Source of the DNA: Candidatus Multivoradales bacterium
Lineage (GTDB): Bacteria > Acidobacteriota > Thermoanaerobaculia > Multivoradales > Multivoraceae
DNA length: 64,000 nucleotides
Direction of reading: 5' to 3'
NCBI GenBank assembly: GCA_965223325.1
Contig: CBDCWI010000002.1
Location: 3,360,001 to 3,424,000 of the forward strand
Shown here: piece after piece, positions 39,954 to 48,247 of the stretch
Layout: every line of letters starts with the position of its first letter
Numbering within the stretch: position 1 is the stretch's first letter
Program-made: the position numbers and the translations under genes
Notes under the pieces: generated by a model
Databases searched by the model: none
Seen by the model: the letters and a program-made list of their open reading frames with translations, nothing else
Told to the model about the DNA's origin: nothing

Positions 39954-41201
39954 CTACCCGCCGCCGTAGCGACCCGGCTCCGCGGGAACGGGCGGCGCGC
40001 CTCCTTGAACGTCGGCGAACGCCCACTCTAGATCGGCGAGGTACGCCGCAGTGGTCTTGTCGTGCTCGGGCGAAAGCATCAGGTGGATCGAGGGTGGCTC
40101 GGTGGTCACCGAATTGAACCAGCCGCGTTCTGCCATGGCACGCCACACGGCGTAGACATTGGTGTCATCGCGCGTGAAAGCGATCAGACCGAGCTCAGGG
40201 GTTCCGAGAACCGACCATCCCTGTTCGGTGACTCCCTCGGCAATCGCCCGGCGAGCCGTGAGCACGCGACCTTGCAAGTCGCGATAACCCTCGACGCCCA
40301 GGAACTGCATCACGGCCCAGGCTGCCGAGATCGCGCCACCGGGGCGCGTCCCTGCGAGAGTAGGCGTCACCATCCTGCCGCCCGGCCAGGTGTTGAAGTC
40401 GAACGCCATGGCGGCGTGGTCTTCGAGGTCCCGAAACAGCACTGTCGAAGCACCTTTGGCGGCGTAGCCGTACTTGTGCAGGTCGGCCGAAATCGAACGC
40501 ACCGGCGCCAGGGTGAAGTCGAACTCGGGCAGCTGCACTCCGAGTTGACGCGCAAACGGGGCCAGGAACCCGCCGACGCAGGCATCGACATGCAGCCACA
40601 CGCCTGTCTCGCGCGCCACTTCGGCGAGCTCGGCGATCGGGTCGATGACTCCGTAGGGGAAGCACGGCGCCGACCCGACGATCATGATCGTGCCTTCGTC
40701 AACCACCTCCAAGATCGCCGACGGGTCGGCGAGGAAAGTCTCTCCGGCGACCGGGACCCGCCGCACCTCCAAGTCCATCAACCAACTCGCCTTGTCGAAA
40801 GCCGGGTGCGCGGAGCCGGGCAGCACGATGTTCAGCTCACCGCTCTTGCCGGCATCGCGGGCTCTGTCGCGGCTGGCCTTGATGGCCATGGTGATGCTGT
40901 CGGTGCCCCCCGAAGTCACGTTGCCCGTTGCCTCTCTCGGGGCATTGAGCAGCTCGAGCGCCATCTCGACGACCTCGGCCTCCATGCGCTGGAGGCTCGG
41001 AAAGGCCAAGGGTCCCAGACCGTTCTCGGATTGAAAGAGGGCGTAGGCCTCCTTCTGAACCTGCCCCACCGCTTCGCCGGCGTTGAATACGTACACTGCC
41101 GCCTTGCCGGAGCGCCAGTCGATGTCGCCTTCCGACATCTGCACCATCCGCTCTCGGAGTTCGGGCCACGGAGTTCCCTGGGGCGGGATCGCGGTACGCA
41201 T
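39954..41201 (-). CDS. PLP-dependent sphingosine-1-phosphate lyase-like enzyme (group II decarboxylase family)
   Basis: FPSLQRME, TSGGTDSI, AHPAFDKA, GSAPCFPYGVIDPI, LHVDACVGG, SADLHKYG, GTRPGG. Confidence 0.85.
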   Translation of the reverse strand: MRTAIPPQGTPWPELRERMVQMSEGDIDWRSGKAAVYVFNAGEAVGQVQKEAYALFQSENGLGPLAFPSLQRMEAEVVEMALELLNAPREATGNVTSGGTDSITMAIKASRDRARDAGKSGELNIVLPGSAHPAFDKASWLMDLEVRRVPVAGETFLADPSAILEVVDEGTIMIVGSAPCFPYGVIDPIAELAEVARETGVWLHVDACVGGFLAPFARQLGVQLPEFDFTLAPVRSISADLHKYGYAAKGASTVLFRDLEDHAAMAFDFNTWPGGRMVTPTLAGTRPGGAISAAWAVMQFLGVEGYRDLQGRVLTARRAIAEGVTEQGWSVLGTPELGLIAFTRDDTNVYAVWRAMAERGWFNSVTTEPPSIHLMLSPEHDKTTAAYLADLEWAFADVQGGAPPVPAEPGRYGGG

Positions 41202-41231
41202 GGTGGAAGCCTACCGCGCAGGCCCAAGAGC

Positions 41232-42716
41232 TCAACCCGATCCAGGCGACTCCTTCGTCACTGTCAGAATCCAGGAGGCGATCTTCTCCATCGCTTTCGG
41301 CGAGAAGGTCTCCTCGATCTGCGCATATTCAGAGGGAGATCCGGTCGCGGACTCCTGGAAGAGGTGATTGAGACCCTCCAGGACGGCGATCTCGAGGTTC
41401 TCGTTGCCACTCTTCTCGAAGGCGGCCGCAATCGCCGCCATGTTCTGTTCGGGCGGCACCTGTAGGTCGTTGCCACCGGCAATCGCCAGCGTCGGTTGGG
41501 TCACCCTCTCGAGCGCGGGAACCGGGTCGTAGGTCAGGAAGTGGCGAAACCAGGGCGACGTGACCTGGGCGGCCTCCTGCTTGATCAACGCTTCGGGGTC
41601 AGATCCCGGTGCAATGCCCGACGCCGCACGGTCCTCCTCGCTCATCGCGTCGTAGCGCGCACGCAAAAGGCTCTCGACCTCTGAGGCGAGATCTCCGCTT
41701 CCGTCGCCGGCGTCGCGGACCGTTTCGAAGACCCTCTTCTGCACCGCGAGACTCCGCTCGATCAACTCGTCGCTGGCCCCACCGGCACGGGCAATGAGCT
41801 CGCTCTGCAAAACCAGGATCTCTTCGCCGGTCAAGCCCGGCCCTCCCATGAGAACGATGAAGGACACATCCGTCGTCTCGCCTGCAACAATCGGAGCGAT
41901 CAGACCACCTTCGCTATGGCCGACGATGCCCACCTGCGACGCATCGACCTCGGGTCGCGCCCTGAGAAAACGTACCGCCCCGTGTGCATCGGTCGCAAAG
42001 TCGGCGCTGGTCGCAGCCGCGAAATCGCCTTCAGACTCTCCGACTCCGCGATCGTCGTAGCGTAGGACCGCAATGCCTCGACGCGTCAAATAGTCCGAGA
42101 GCACCAGAAAGGGTTTATGGCCGAGCAGCTCTTCGTTGCGGTTCTGCGGACCGGAACCACTCACCAGGACGACGCCCGGGAAAGGGCCCTCGTCATCGGG
42201 CAGCGTGAGCGTTCCTGCGAGTTCGATTCCAGCCTCGGCGTTGGGGAAGGTCACCTCCACGACCTGGTAGGGAAAGGGCTCTTTCGGTTCCTGTGGACGG
42301 GCCAGCGGTACGACCTCCTCGGTCGTCTTCTCGAGGGTGAGGGGCAACTCGATACCGCTCTGTTTCCAGGTGCCCTCTATCCTGGTCGCCTCTTCATCGA
42401 GGGTGCCTTCATAGAGCCCGCCAATGGCCGGGATCTCGATGGAGAGCTTTGCTCCCTCGACCGCCGTACTGCCGGTCGGGATCCCCCTGGCCCCCTGGTC
42501 GGGGCTGTCGAAAGTCGAGCTCCAACCGCCGCTCTCGTCGCGCGTGATGTGAAAGACGAGGCGGAGCTTCTGGCCGCCGACATCGAGAGCGCCGAGCCAG
42601 TCGCCGACTGCCTCATCCTGAGCGTGGGCGGAGAATGGCAACAGCAGGCTGACGGCCAGGTTCAGCCAGAGCCAACGCTTCGCCTTGTGGGTTCGACGCG
42701 GTTTGAGTCGCTGCAT
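41232..42716 (-). CDS. secreted alpha/beta hydrolase
   Basis: LAGTLTLP, SGSGPQNR, RYDDRGVG, GHSEGG, DLQV, NHLFQ; N-terminal beta domain with DSPDQG. Confidence 0.9.
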   Translation of the reverse strand: MQRLKPRRTHKAKRWLWLNLAVSLLLPFSAHAQDEAVGDWLGALDVGGQKLRLVFHITRDESGGWSSTFDSPDQGARGIPTGSTAVEGAKLSIEIPAIGGLYEGTLDEEATRIEGTWKQSGIELPLTLEKTTEEVVPLARPQEPKEPFPYQVVEVTFPNAEAGIELAGTLTLPDDEGPFPGVVLVSGSGPQNRNEELLGHKPFLVLSDYLTRRGIAVLRYDDRGVGESEGDFAAATSADFATDAHGAVRFLRARPEVDASQVGIVGHSEGGLIAPIVAGETTDVSFIVLMGGPGLTGEEILVLQSELIARAGGASDELIERSLAVQKRVFETVRDAGDGSGDLASEVESLLRARYDAMSEEDRAASGIAPGSDPEALIKQEAAQVTSPWFRHFLTYDPVPALERVTQPTLAIAGGNDLQVPPEQNMAAIAAAFEKSGNENLEIAVLEGLNHLFQESATGSPSEYAQIEETFSPKAMEKIASWILTVTKESPGSG

Positions 42717-42813
42717 GGATACCTCCCAGGGTGCGGATAAGGGGGCCGTACGCACCAGGGAGGCACTTTATTCTCTCGCCCAGCCGATCGGGCATCTCCG
42801 CGCAGGCGGGGGG

Positions 42814-43425
42814 CTAGGGGCCGCGCTGCAGCCGTTCGAGAATCGGCAGGTCGTCGACGTAGAGCTCTTCGAGAACACCGCGCCCGTTCTTGACCCTCAC
42901 CGTCACATAGGCCGGGCGTCCTTCGCCGTTGTTCTCGCGGTACACGCGTTCTGCTTCGGGAGCCGCTTCTTCTTCCATATAGAAGCGCGAAAACGGTAGC
43001 TCGTAGGTCACGCCCTCAGCGTTCCACCACATGACCCGCAGCTCGAGGTGGTCCTCGAGGGGGCGTGTTCTGGTGGCTTCACCGAGAGTCGCAAAGCCCT
43101 CTTCATCCACCTGGAGCGGTACGAACACTTTCATGCGACGCTGGAGCTCGAGACCGTCGGGAACCGGCCCGACCGTGTCGGCAAACCCGAGCGCCACATA
43201 GCGACCGCGAAACGCATCGTAGGGATCGACCGGAGCCGTCCTGAAGCGGTACTCGGAGCCCTCACGAAGCACCTCCTCGTGCTGGAGAATCGTCCAACCG
43301 GGAACCGCCAGCTGAACCACTGCCACGACCCCAAGAAGGCCAAGGAGCAGGCGGCGCGGCATTCTCACCGTAGGGAGGCCAAACAGAGAGGGGCGATTGC
43401 TCGCACGGCTTCCGGCGTCAATCAT
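42814..43425 (-). CDS. GDYXXLXY domain protein
   Basis: TAPVDPYDAFRGRYVAL, RFYMEE; coupled to the DUF2157 gene. Confidence 0.87.
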   Translation of the reverse strand: MIDAGSRASNRPSLFGLPTVRMPRRLLLGLLGVVAVVQLAVPGWTILQHEEVLREGSEYRFRTAPVDPYDAFRGRYVALGFADTVGPVPDGLELQRRMKVFVPLQVDEEGFATLGEATRTRPLEDHLELRVMWWNAEGVTYELPFSRFYMEEEAAPEAERVYRENNGEGRPAYVTVRVKNGRGVLEELYVDDLPILERLQRGP

Positions 43426-44750
43426 GCGACACCTCCCGTGCTCAGGCGCTGTCGGCGAATGAGCAACCAGTTGACTGCAAAGAAGCCGAGACCCAGGATG
43501 ATGAAGACCAGACCGCGGATCACCATGTCGACATCGGAGTCGAAGAAGCGAGCGAGAATGAGTGCGGCAAGCACCGCCATGCCGGCGTTGGCATAGCGGA
43601 GGCTCTCGGAGCGAAAGCCGTGCGTGATGGTCCCAACGCCCAGAACGAAGAGATAGGCATTGAGGAGAAGCTGGGCGACCGACGCGTTCGGCATCAGACA
43701 GGCCAGGGTAATGACCGGGATCGCCGCCAACCACAGCCACTCGTACCAGCGCGGCCGGCGAACAAACAGGAAAGCCAGTAGGCCAGCGAGCAAGAGCGCC
43801 GCCACCAGAAGCTGTAGAGCATTCTCGGTCCTCAGCAGCGAGCTCACGTCAACCGGCACTTGCAACCACTCCTGCCAGACGACTTCGTAGCTGAGAATCA
43901 AACTCAACACCGAGGTTCCCAGCACTCCGGCAGACCGGAAAGGTCGCAACATAGCATTGGAACGCGACGGCGAAAGGTAGCCACCGAGAACGAGGAAGGA
44001 GCCGAACAAGATGGCGTAGAGGACCGGCCAGAGCTCCTCGGCAAGGTCGGACAGACCAAGACCGAGGCTGAACGTGAGAACCCCAGCAGTCGTCCAGCCC
44101 AGCAGGACCGTGCCGGGCTTTTCCCGGTGGCGCAGAAAGCGCTGCACGAGGAGCGGCGCCACCAGGAGCAGAAGACCCCAGAAGCCAACGCCACTTTCGA
44201 ACTCCCACATAGCGGCAGGAACCCAGGCCGCCAAGCCGATCAAGTAGAGGCAAAGGCCGCTCACCGAGCGCAGGAGCCAGGGCACCGGCATCGCCAACAG
44301 AAGCCAGCGCAACATGAAGGTCTCGTAGCCCCCGCCGATCTGGTAGGTCTGCTCAATCAGAGCCAGGGCCGCCCCCAGGGAGAGGATCCAGCCCACCGAA
44401 ACACCCTCGCGCCAGGCGCTACCACGACGCCGCCAGAGGGTATGGGCCGCAAAGCCGAGACTGATGAGCAGCGGCACAATGGCAATCACACTGCGCACCG
44501 GCCGGGAGAGTTCCGGCCAGTTGTGAGCGAGCAGAAGAATCACCCCTCCGCCAACGAGCGTTGCGCCGAGGACGGAAAAGAGCACGATAGCAACCGGCCG
44601 CGCCGGAGACTCCGCCGGCTCGCCAAAGTGTTCACGCAGGCGCAGGGCGGTGGATTCGTCGAGAACCCCGGCCTCGATCAGCCCCGGCAAGCGGTCGTAC
44701 AACCAGTGAATATGGCGCGCTGTCTTCACTCTGGACTCCATCTCATGCAT
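43422..44750 (-). CDS. DUF2157-domain multi-TM membrane protein
   Basis: LGATLVGGGVILLLAHNW, ALIEQTYQI, ARFFD; about 12 TMs. Confidence 0.87.
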   Translation of the reverse strand: MHEMESRVKTARHIHWLYDRLPGLIEAGVLDESTALRLREHFGEPAESPARPVAIVLFSVLGATLVGGGVILLLAHNWPELSRPVRSVIAIVPLLISLGFAAHTLWRRRGSAWREGVSVGWILSLGAALALIEQTYQIGGGYETFMLRWLLLAMPVPWLLRSVSGLCLYLIGLAAWVPAAMWEFESGVGFWGLLLLVAPLLVQRFLRHREKPGTVLLGWTTAGVLTFSLGLGLSDLAEELWPVLYAILFGSFLVLGGYLSPSRSNAMLRPFRSAGVLGTSVLSLILSYEVVWQEWLQVPVDVSSLLRTENALQLLVAALLLAGLLAFLFVRRPRWYEWLWLAAIPVITLACLMPNASVAQLLLNAYLFVLGVGTITHGFRSESLRYANAGMAVLAALILARFFDSDVDMVIRGLVFIILGLGFFAVNWLLIRRQRLSTGGVA

Positions 44751-44802
44751 GCGATCGCGTGTGGCTCCTTGGCCGCGACTCTGGCCCTCCCACGGAGCCC
44801 GA

Positions 44803-44818
44803 AGCACGCTCTGTGCCA
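44803..44818 (-). promoter_or_regulatory. putative sigma54 (-24/-12) promoter
   Basis: Minus strand TGGCACAGAGCGTGCT (GG-N10-GC), about 50 bp upstream of the DUF2157 gene. Confidence 0.45.
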
Positions 44819-44952
44819 AGCCAGTCGAAGGGTCGAGCTCCCTTGAACAAGGAGTCGTGGGTGCCGCCTTCTACCAGCATGTACTCAGGCGCTGAACGCA
44901 GAATGAGCCGGACTGTGCCTCATATGTACCTTGGCCCCCGGGCGCTCTGGGC

Positions 44953-47280
44953 TCACTCGGGAGACGGCCTGCGCCAGACGATCTCTTCAGTCGAAACGAC
45001 ATGCCCGTCGTTTTCCTGGCCCTCGCCCAGCAGGTCCGCCCGCGAGAACCAGGACGGCTTGAGCCGGCCGGGCGAGAACAGCTTTTCGGCCTGATCGCGG
45101 TAGTGAGGAGACTCGGGACGATCGCTCTGGCCGATCGGCGGCTGGGTGTAGCTGCGGATCGGATCGCTCAGGATCACGACTTCGGTTGAAGTCTGCCCGC
45201 GCGATCCCCAACGCGTGTGGTCAGCCTGCGGGGGCTCGAAGCCGATCGAGCGCAATGTGGCCATGCCCTCCCGCGACTGTGAACCTCCACCAACCGGCCA
45301 CGACACTCCGTCATCGTTGTCGATGCGCCCTACCCGAAAGATGTCGCCGAAGACCACCTGGTCGTCGAACTGGTGGGCGAGCATGGCGGCACCAGCTTCG
45401 AGCGCCGCGACCAGCAGGTCGAGGTCACTGTCCGATACATGGCCAGGCGGTGCGGCCGGTAGGGAGCGGTCTGGGTGGTCGAGCCGCCGGAAAGGAGCCA
45501 GCGGGTCGTCGACACGTTTGACCAACGCACTCAGCGCTTCCTCCCCGAGGTCCTCGGCAAGCTGAAAGCGAAACGCCCAGTAGTGCGCCGCACCGGCGGA
45601 GTCCCGGTCCGCGCGACCATTCCAATCTCGGATCAGGACGAGCGAGCGCTTGGCGCGAGGGCTCAGTGTGCTCCTTCCCTCGGTCGCCCTTACGAGCTCG
45701 GCCTGCCAACGCTCGGCCTGATAGACCCGCGTGTCGACGGCGAGAGCCAGGAGGTCGTCCTCGCTCCACTTCTCGCGCTCCTCGAGCCAGGCGACGGCAC
45801 TCGCGCCGCGTTGATGGGTGTACCAGGCAGGCTGGTTGTAGAGATAGGGCCGGGTGCTCTCGGGCGTCAGAGGACTGCCGACGAACATTGTGTCGGGGCC
45901 GATGTTGCAGTTCTGCATCACGCCCCCCTCCGGGTTCAGCAGCGTCAGAAGGTCTTTGGTGTCGTGAATGCCCAGCCACTCGGTCGCCGAGGTGTTCCCT
46001 GGCACCGGGGCATTCCAGTCGTAGCCGTCGGGCCGCACCGGAACCCGGCCCGTCCGTTGGTAATAGATGTCGCCCTTCGTGTCGGCAACCATGACGTTCT
46101 GCGGCATGATCTGACGCACTTCGAGGGCCTTCTTGGCACCTTCGACGTCCTCGGCGACCATGAACCAGTACTTAGACTCCAGGTAGCCGATCTCGTCGGC
46201 GTATGCGAGCTTCGCAGCCCATGCAGTGGAGCCCTCGCGGGCCACAACGGGGCCATGGTGCGACGACCAGAAGGTGACCGAGCGCGGGGATGGATCGCCG
46301 GCGACTTCGAGCTCGAGGTCTCGGCGGGTGAGCGCCCGCCAACCTCCGTCGTAGCGGTAGCGGGTGCTGTCCTCTGGATCGAGCTCGAGCTCGTAGACGT
46401 CGGCCGTATCCGGGCCACCGGTAGTATGCGCCCAGGCGATGTGGTTGTTGTGACCGAGATTCACGTAGGGAAATCCGGCGGTTGCGAAGCCACTGATGTG
46501 CATGTCACCGGCATGGATGCGCACCTCCCAGTAGCGTTGCCGCCCCAACCAGGCCAGGTGGGGGTCGATGACAAGCGCCGCCGCCCCGAAGGTCGTGCGG
46601 GAGGGCGCAAACGCAAACTGGTTGGAGGCACGCAGATCGACGTCGTAGTTTGTGCGGCGTGAGATGGCCCTGAGATCCGACGCGGCCTGGCCCGCCGGCC
46701 AGCCCCAGATGAACTGGCGGCTGTAGGCCACCGGCATATAGCGATCGACAACCCGATCGCCCCACCACGCGGGCACTTCTTCCGGGTGCTCTTCCATGTA
46801 CGACGCGATGCCCTGGGTGAAGGCTTCGATGTGACGCCGGAGGGTGGGGTTGAGCTTGGCTTCGTAGTGCTCTTGCGCGACCTGATAGTGGCGCCACATC
46901 CTGGCCTCGAGGTCGGAGCGAACCCAGCGTTCGTTCTTCCCCGGTCCAAAGGCCGCCGAGTACTCGCCCATACCGAGGAGATAGTTCTTGAGAACCTGCT
47001 CGAGGCGATCACGCGCCTGCAACCACCCGGAGGCGTAAAGCGCGGCTTCTTCGCTGTCGCTGTAGATATGGGGAATGCCGTATTCGTCGAGATAGACGGT
47101 CGCACTCTCGGTGCCGGCCTCGCCCTGCCCAGCCCCTGGAGCGGCTTCCGGGGAGCGCCGGCAGCCGCCGACGAGCAAGGCGGCCATCAGCGAGACGGCG
47201 AGTACGCGGCCCAGGGATAGCGCGGCCGGCCGGGGTTTGACCCCAGGATGGTCGTTCATCAGGTGAGATGGAGTCGACAT
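44953..47280 (-). CDS. penicillin/cephalosporin acylase family Ntn-hydrolase lipoprotein (S45)
   Basis: DEYGIPHIY, GWLQARDR, beta-chain start A|SNQFAFAPSRT, DPHLAW, HHGPV; lipobox VGGC. Confidence 0.92.
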   Translation of the reverse strand: MSTPSHLMNDHPGVKPRPAALSLGRVLAVSLMAALLVGGCRRSPEAAPGAGQGEAGTESATVYLDEYGIPHIYSDSEEAALYASGWLQARDRLEQVLKNYLLGMGEYSAAFGPGKNERWVRSDLEARMWRHYQVAQEHYEAKLNPTLRRHIEAFTQGIASYMEEHPEEVPAWWGDRVVDRYMPVAYSRQFIWGWPAGQAASDLRAISRRTNYDVDLRASNQFAFAPSRTTFGAAALVIDPHLAWLGRQRYWEVRIHAGDMHISGFATAGFPYVNLGHNNHIAWAHTTGGPDTADVYELELDPEDSTRYRYDGGWRALTRRDLELEVAGDPSPRSVTFWSSHHGPVVAREGSTAWAAKLAYADEIGYLESKYWFMVAEDVEGAKKALEVRQIMPQNVMVADTKGDIYYQRTGRVPVRPDGYDWNAPVPGNTSATEWLGIHDTKDLLTLLNPEGGVMQNCNIGPDTMFVGSPLTPESTRPYLYNQPAWYTHQRGASAVAWLEEREKWSEDDLLALAVDTRVYQAERWQAELVRATEGRSTLSPRAKRSLVLIRDWNGRADRDSAGAAHYWAFRFQLAEDLGEEALSALVKRVDDPLAPFRRLDHPDRSLPAAPPGHVSDSDLDLLVAALEAGAAMLAHQFDDQVVFGDIFRVGRIDNDDGVSWPVGGGSQSREGMATLRSIGFEPPQADHTRWGSRGQTSTEVVILSDPIRSYTQPPIGQSDRPESPHYRDQAEKLFSPGRLKPSWFSRADLLGEGQENDGHVVSTEEIVWRRPSPE

Positions 47281-47415
47281 GGGTTCTCCCCTTCAGTGAT
47301 GGGCCGCAGGGACAGCCCCTCGGGTTGGAATCAGGCAGGCCACGATATCGCTGAACAGCCGCGAAAGACGCTCTGCGAACCCTCCCTTGTGCTAATGTCG
47401 CTCGCTCTCGCGCTT

Positions 47416-47491
47416 GGCCCGTTCGTCTAGGGGTCTAGGACGCCGGCCTCTCACGCCGGTAACACGGGTTCGAATCCCGTACGGGCTACCA
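47416..47491 (+). tRNA. tRNA-Glu (anticodon CTC)
   Basis: GGCCCGTTCGTCTAGGGGTCTAGGACGCCGGCCT-CTC-ACGCCGGTAACACGGGTTCGAATCCCGTACGGGCTACCA; 76 nt. Confidence 0.96.
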
Positions 47492-47525
47492 GCGCGCGGA
47501 GCGCGCTGAAGCCCGTTCGGGATTG

Positions 47526-48198
47526 CGGTTCACGAGCGACGCGCCTTCGGCGCGTTGCTCGGGTGCGAATCCCGTACGGGCTACCCTGCATCCGGTTAGG
47601 TCTTTTGGTGCGGACGGCGGTTCACGAGCGACGCGCCTGCGGCGCGGGGCTCGGGTGCGAATCCCGTACGGGCCCGCCCTGCATCCGGTTGGGTCTTTTG
47701 GTGCGGACGGCGGGGGTCGAGCGGCGCGCCTGCGGCGCGGGGCTCGGGTGCGAATCCCGTACGGGCCCGCCCTGCATCCGGTTGGGTCTTTTGGTGCGGA
47801 CGGCGGGGGTCGAGCGGAGCGCCTGCGGCGCGGGGCTCGGGTGCGAATCCCGTACGGGCCCGCCCTGCATCCGGTTGGGTCTTTTGGTGCGGACGGCGTC
47901 GGTCGAGCGGAGCGCCTCGGGTGCGAATCCCGTACGGGCCCGCCCTGCATCCGGTTGGGTCTTTTGGTGCGGACGGCGGGGGTCGAGCGGCGCGCCTGCG
48001 GCGCGGGGCTCGGGTGCGAATCCCGTACGGGCCCGCCCTGCATCCGGTTAGGTCTTTTGGTGCGGACGGCGGTGGTCGAGCGGAGCGCCTGCGGCGCGGG
48101 GCTCGGGTGCGAATCCCGTACGGGCCCGCCCTGCATCCGGTTAGGTCTCTTGGTGCGGACGGCGTTGGTCGAGCGACGCGCCTGCGGCGCGGGCTCGG
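47526..48198 (+). repeat. tandem array of seven ~93-bp units, each containing a copy of the tRNA-Glu 3' end
   Basis: CGAATCCCGTACGGG occurs at 47471 (in the tRNA), 47566, 47658, 47751, 47844, 47924, 48017 and 48110. Spacings are 95, 92, 93, 93, 80, 93, 93. Confidence 0.95.
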
Positions 48199-48247
48199 AT
48201 GGTCATCCTGTTCCGGCGGCTGGCTGGTTGCGATCGGCCTTTGGCGT

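Noticed and set aside
47560-48130. Additional tRNA genes in the array
   Set aside because: Only the T-arm and 3' acceptor strand are present; there is no D or anticodon arm, the T-loop is altered and CCA is absent.
47526-48198. CRISPR array
   Set aside because: The sequences between the tRNA-like cores are near-identical rather than unique spacers, the core derives from the adjacent tRNA, and there are no cas genes.
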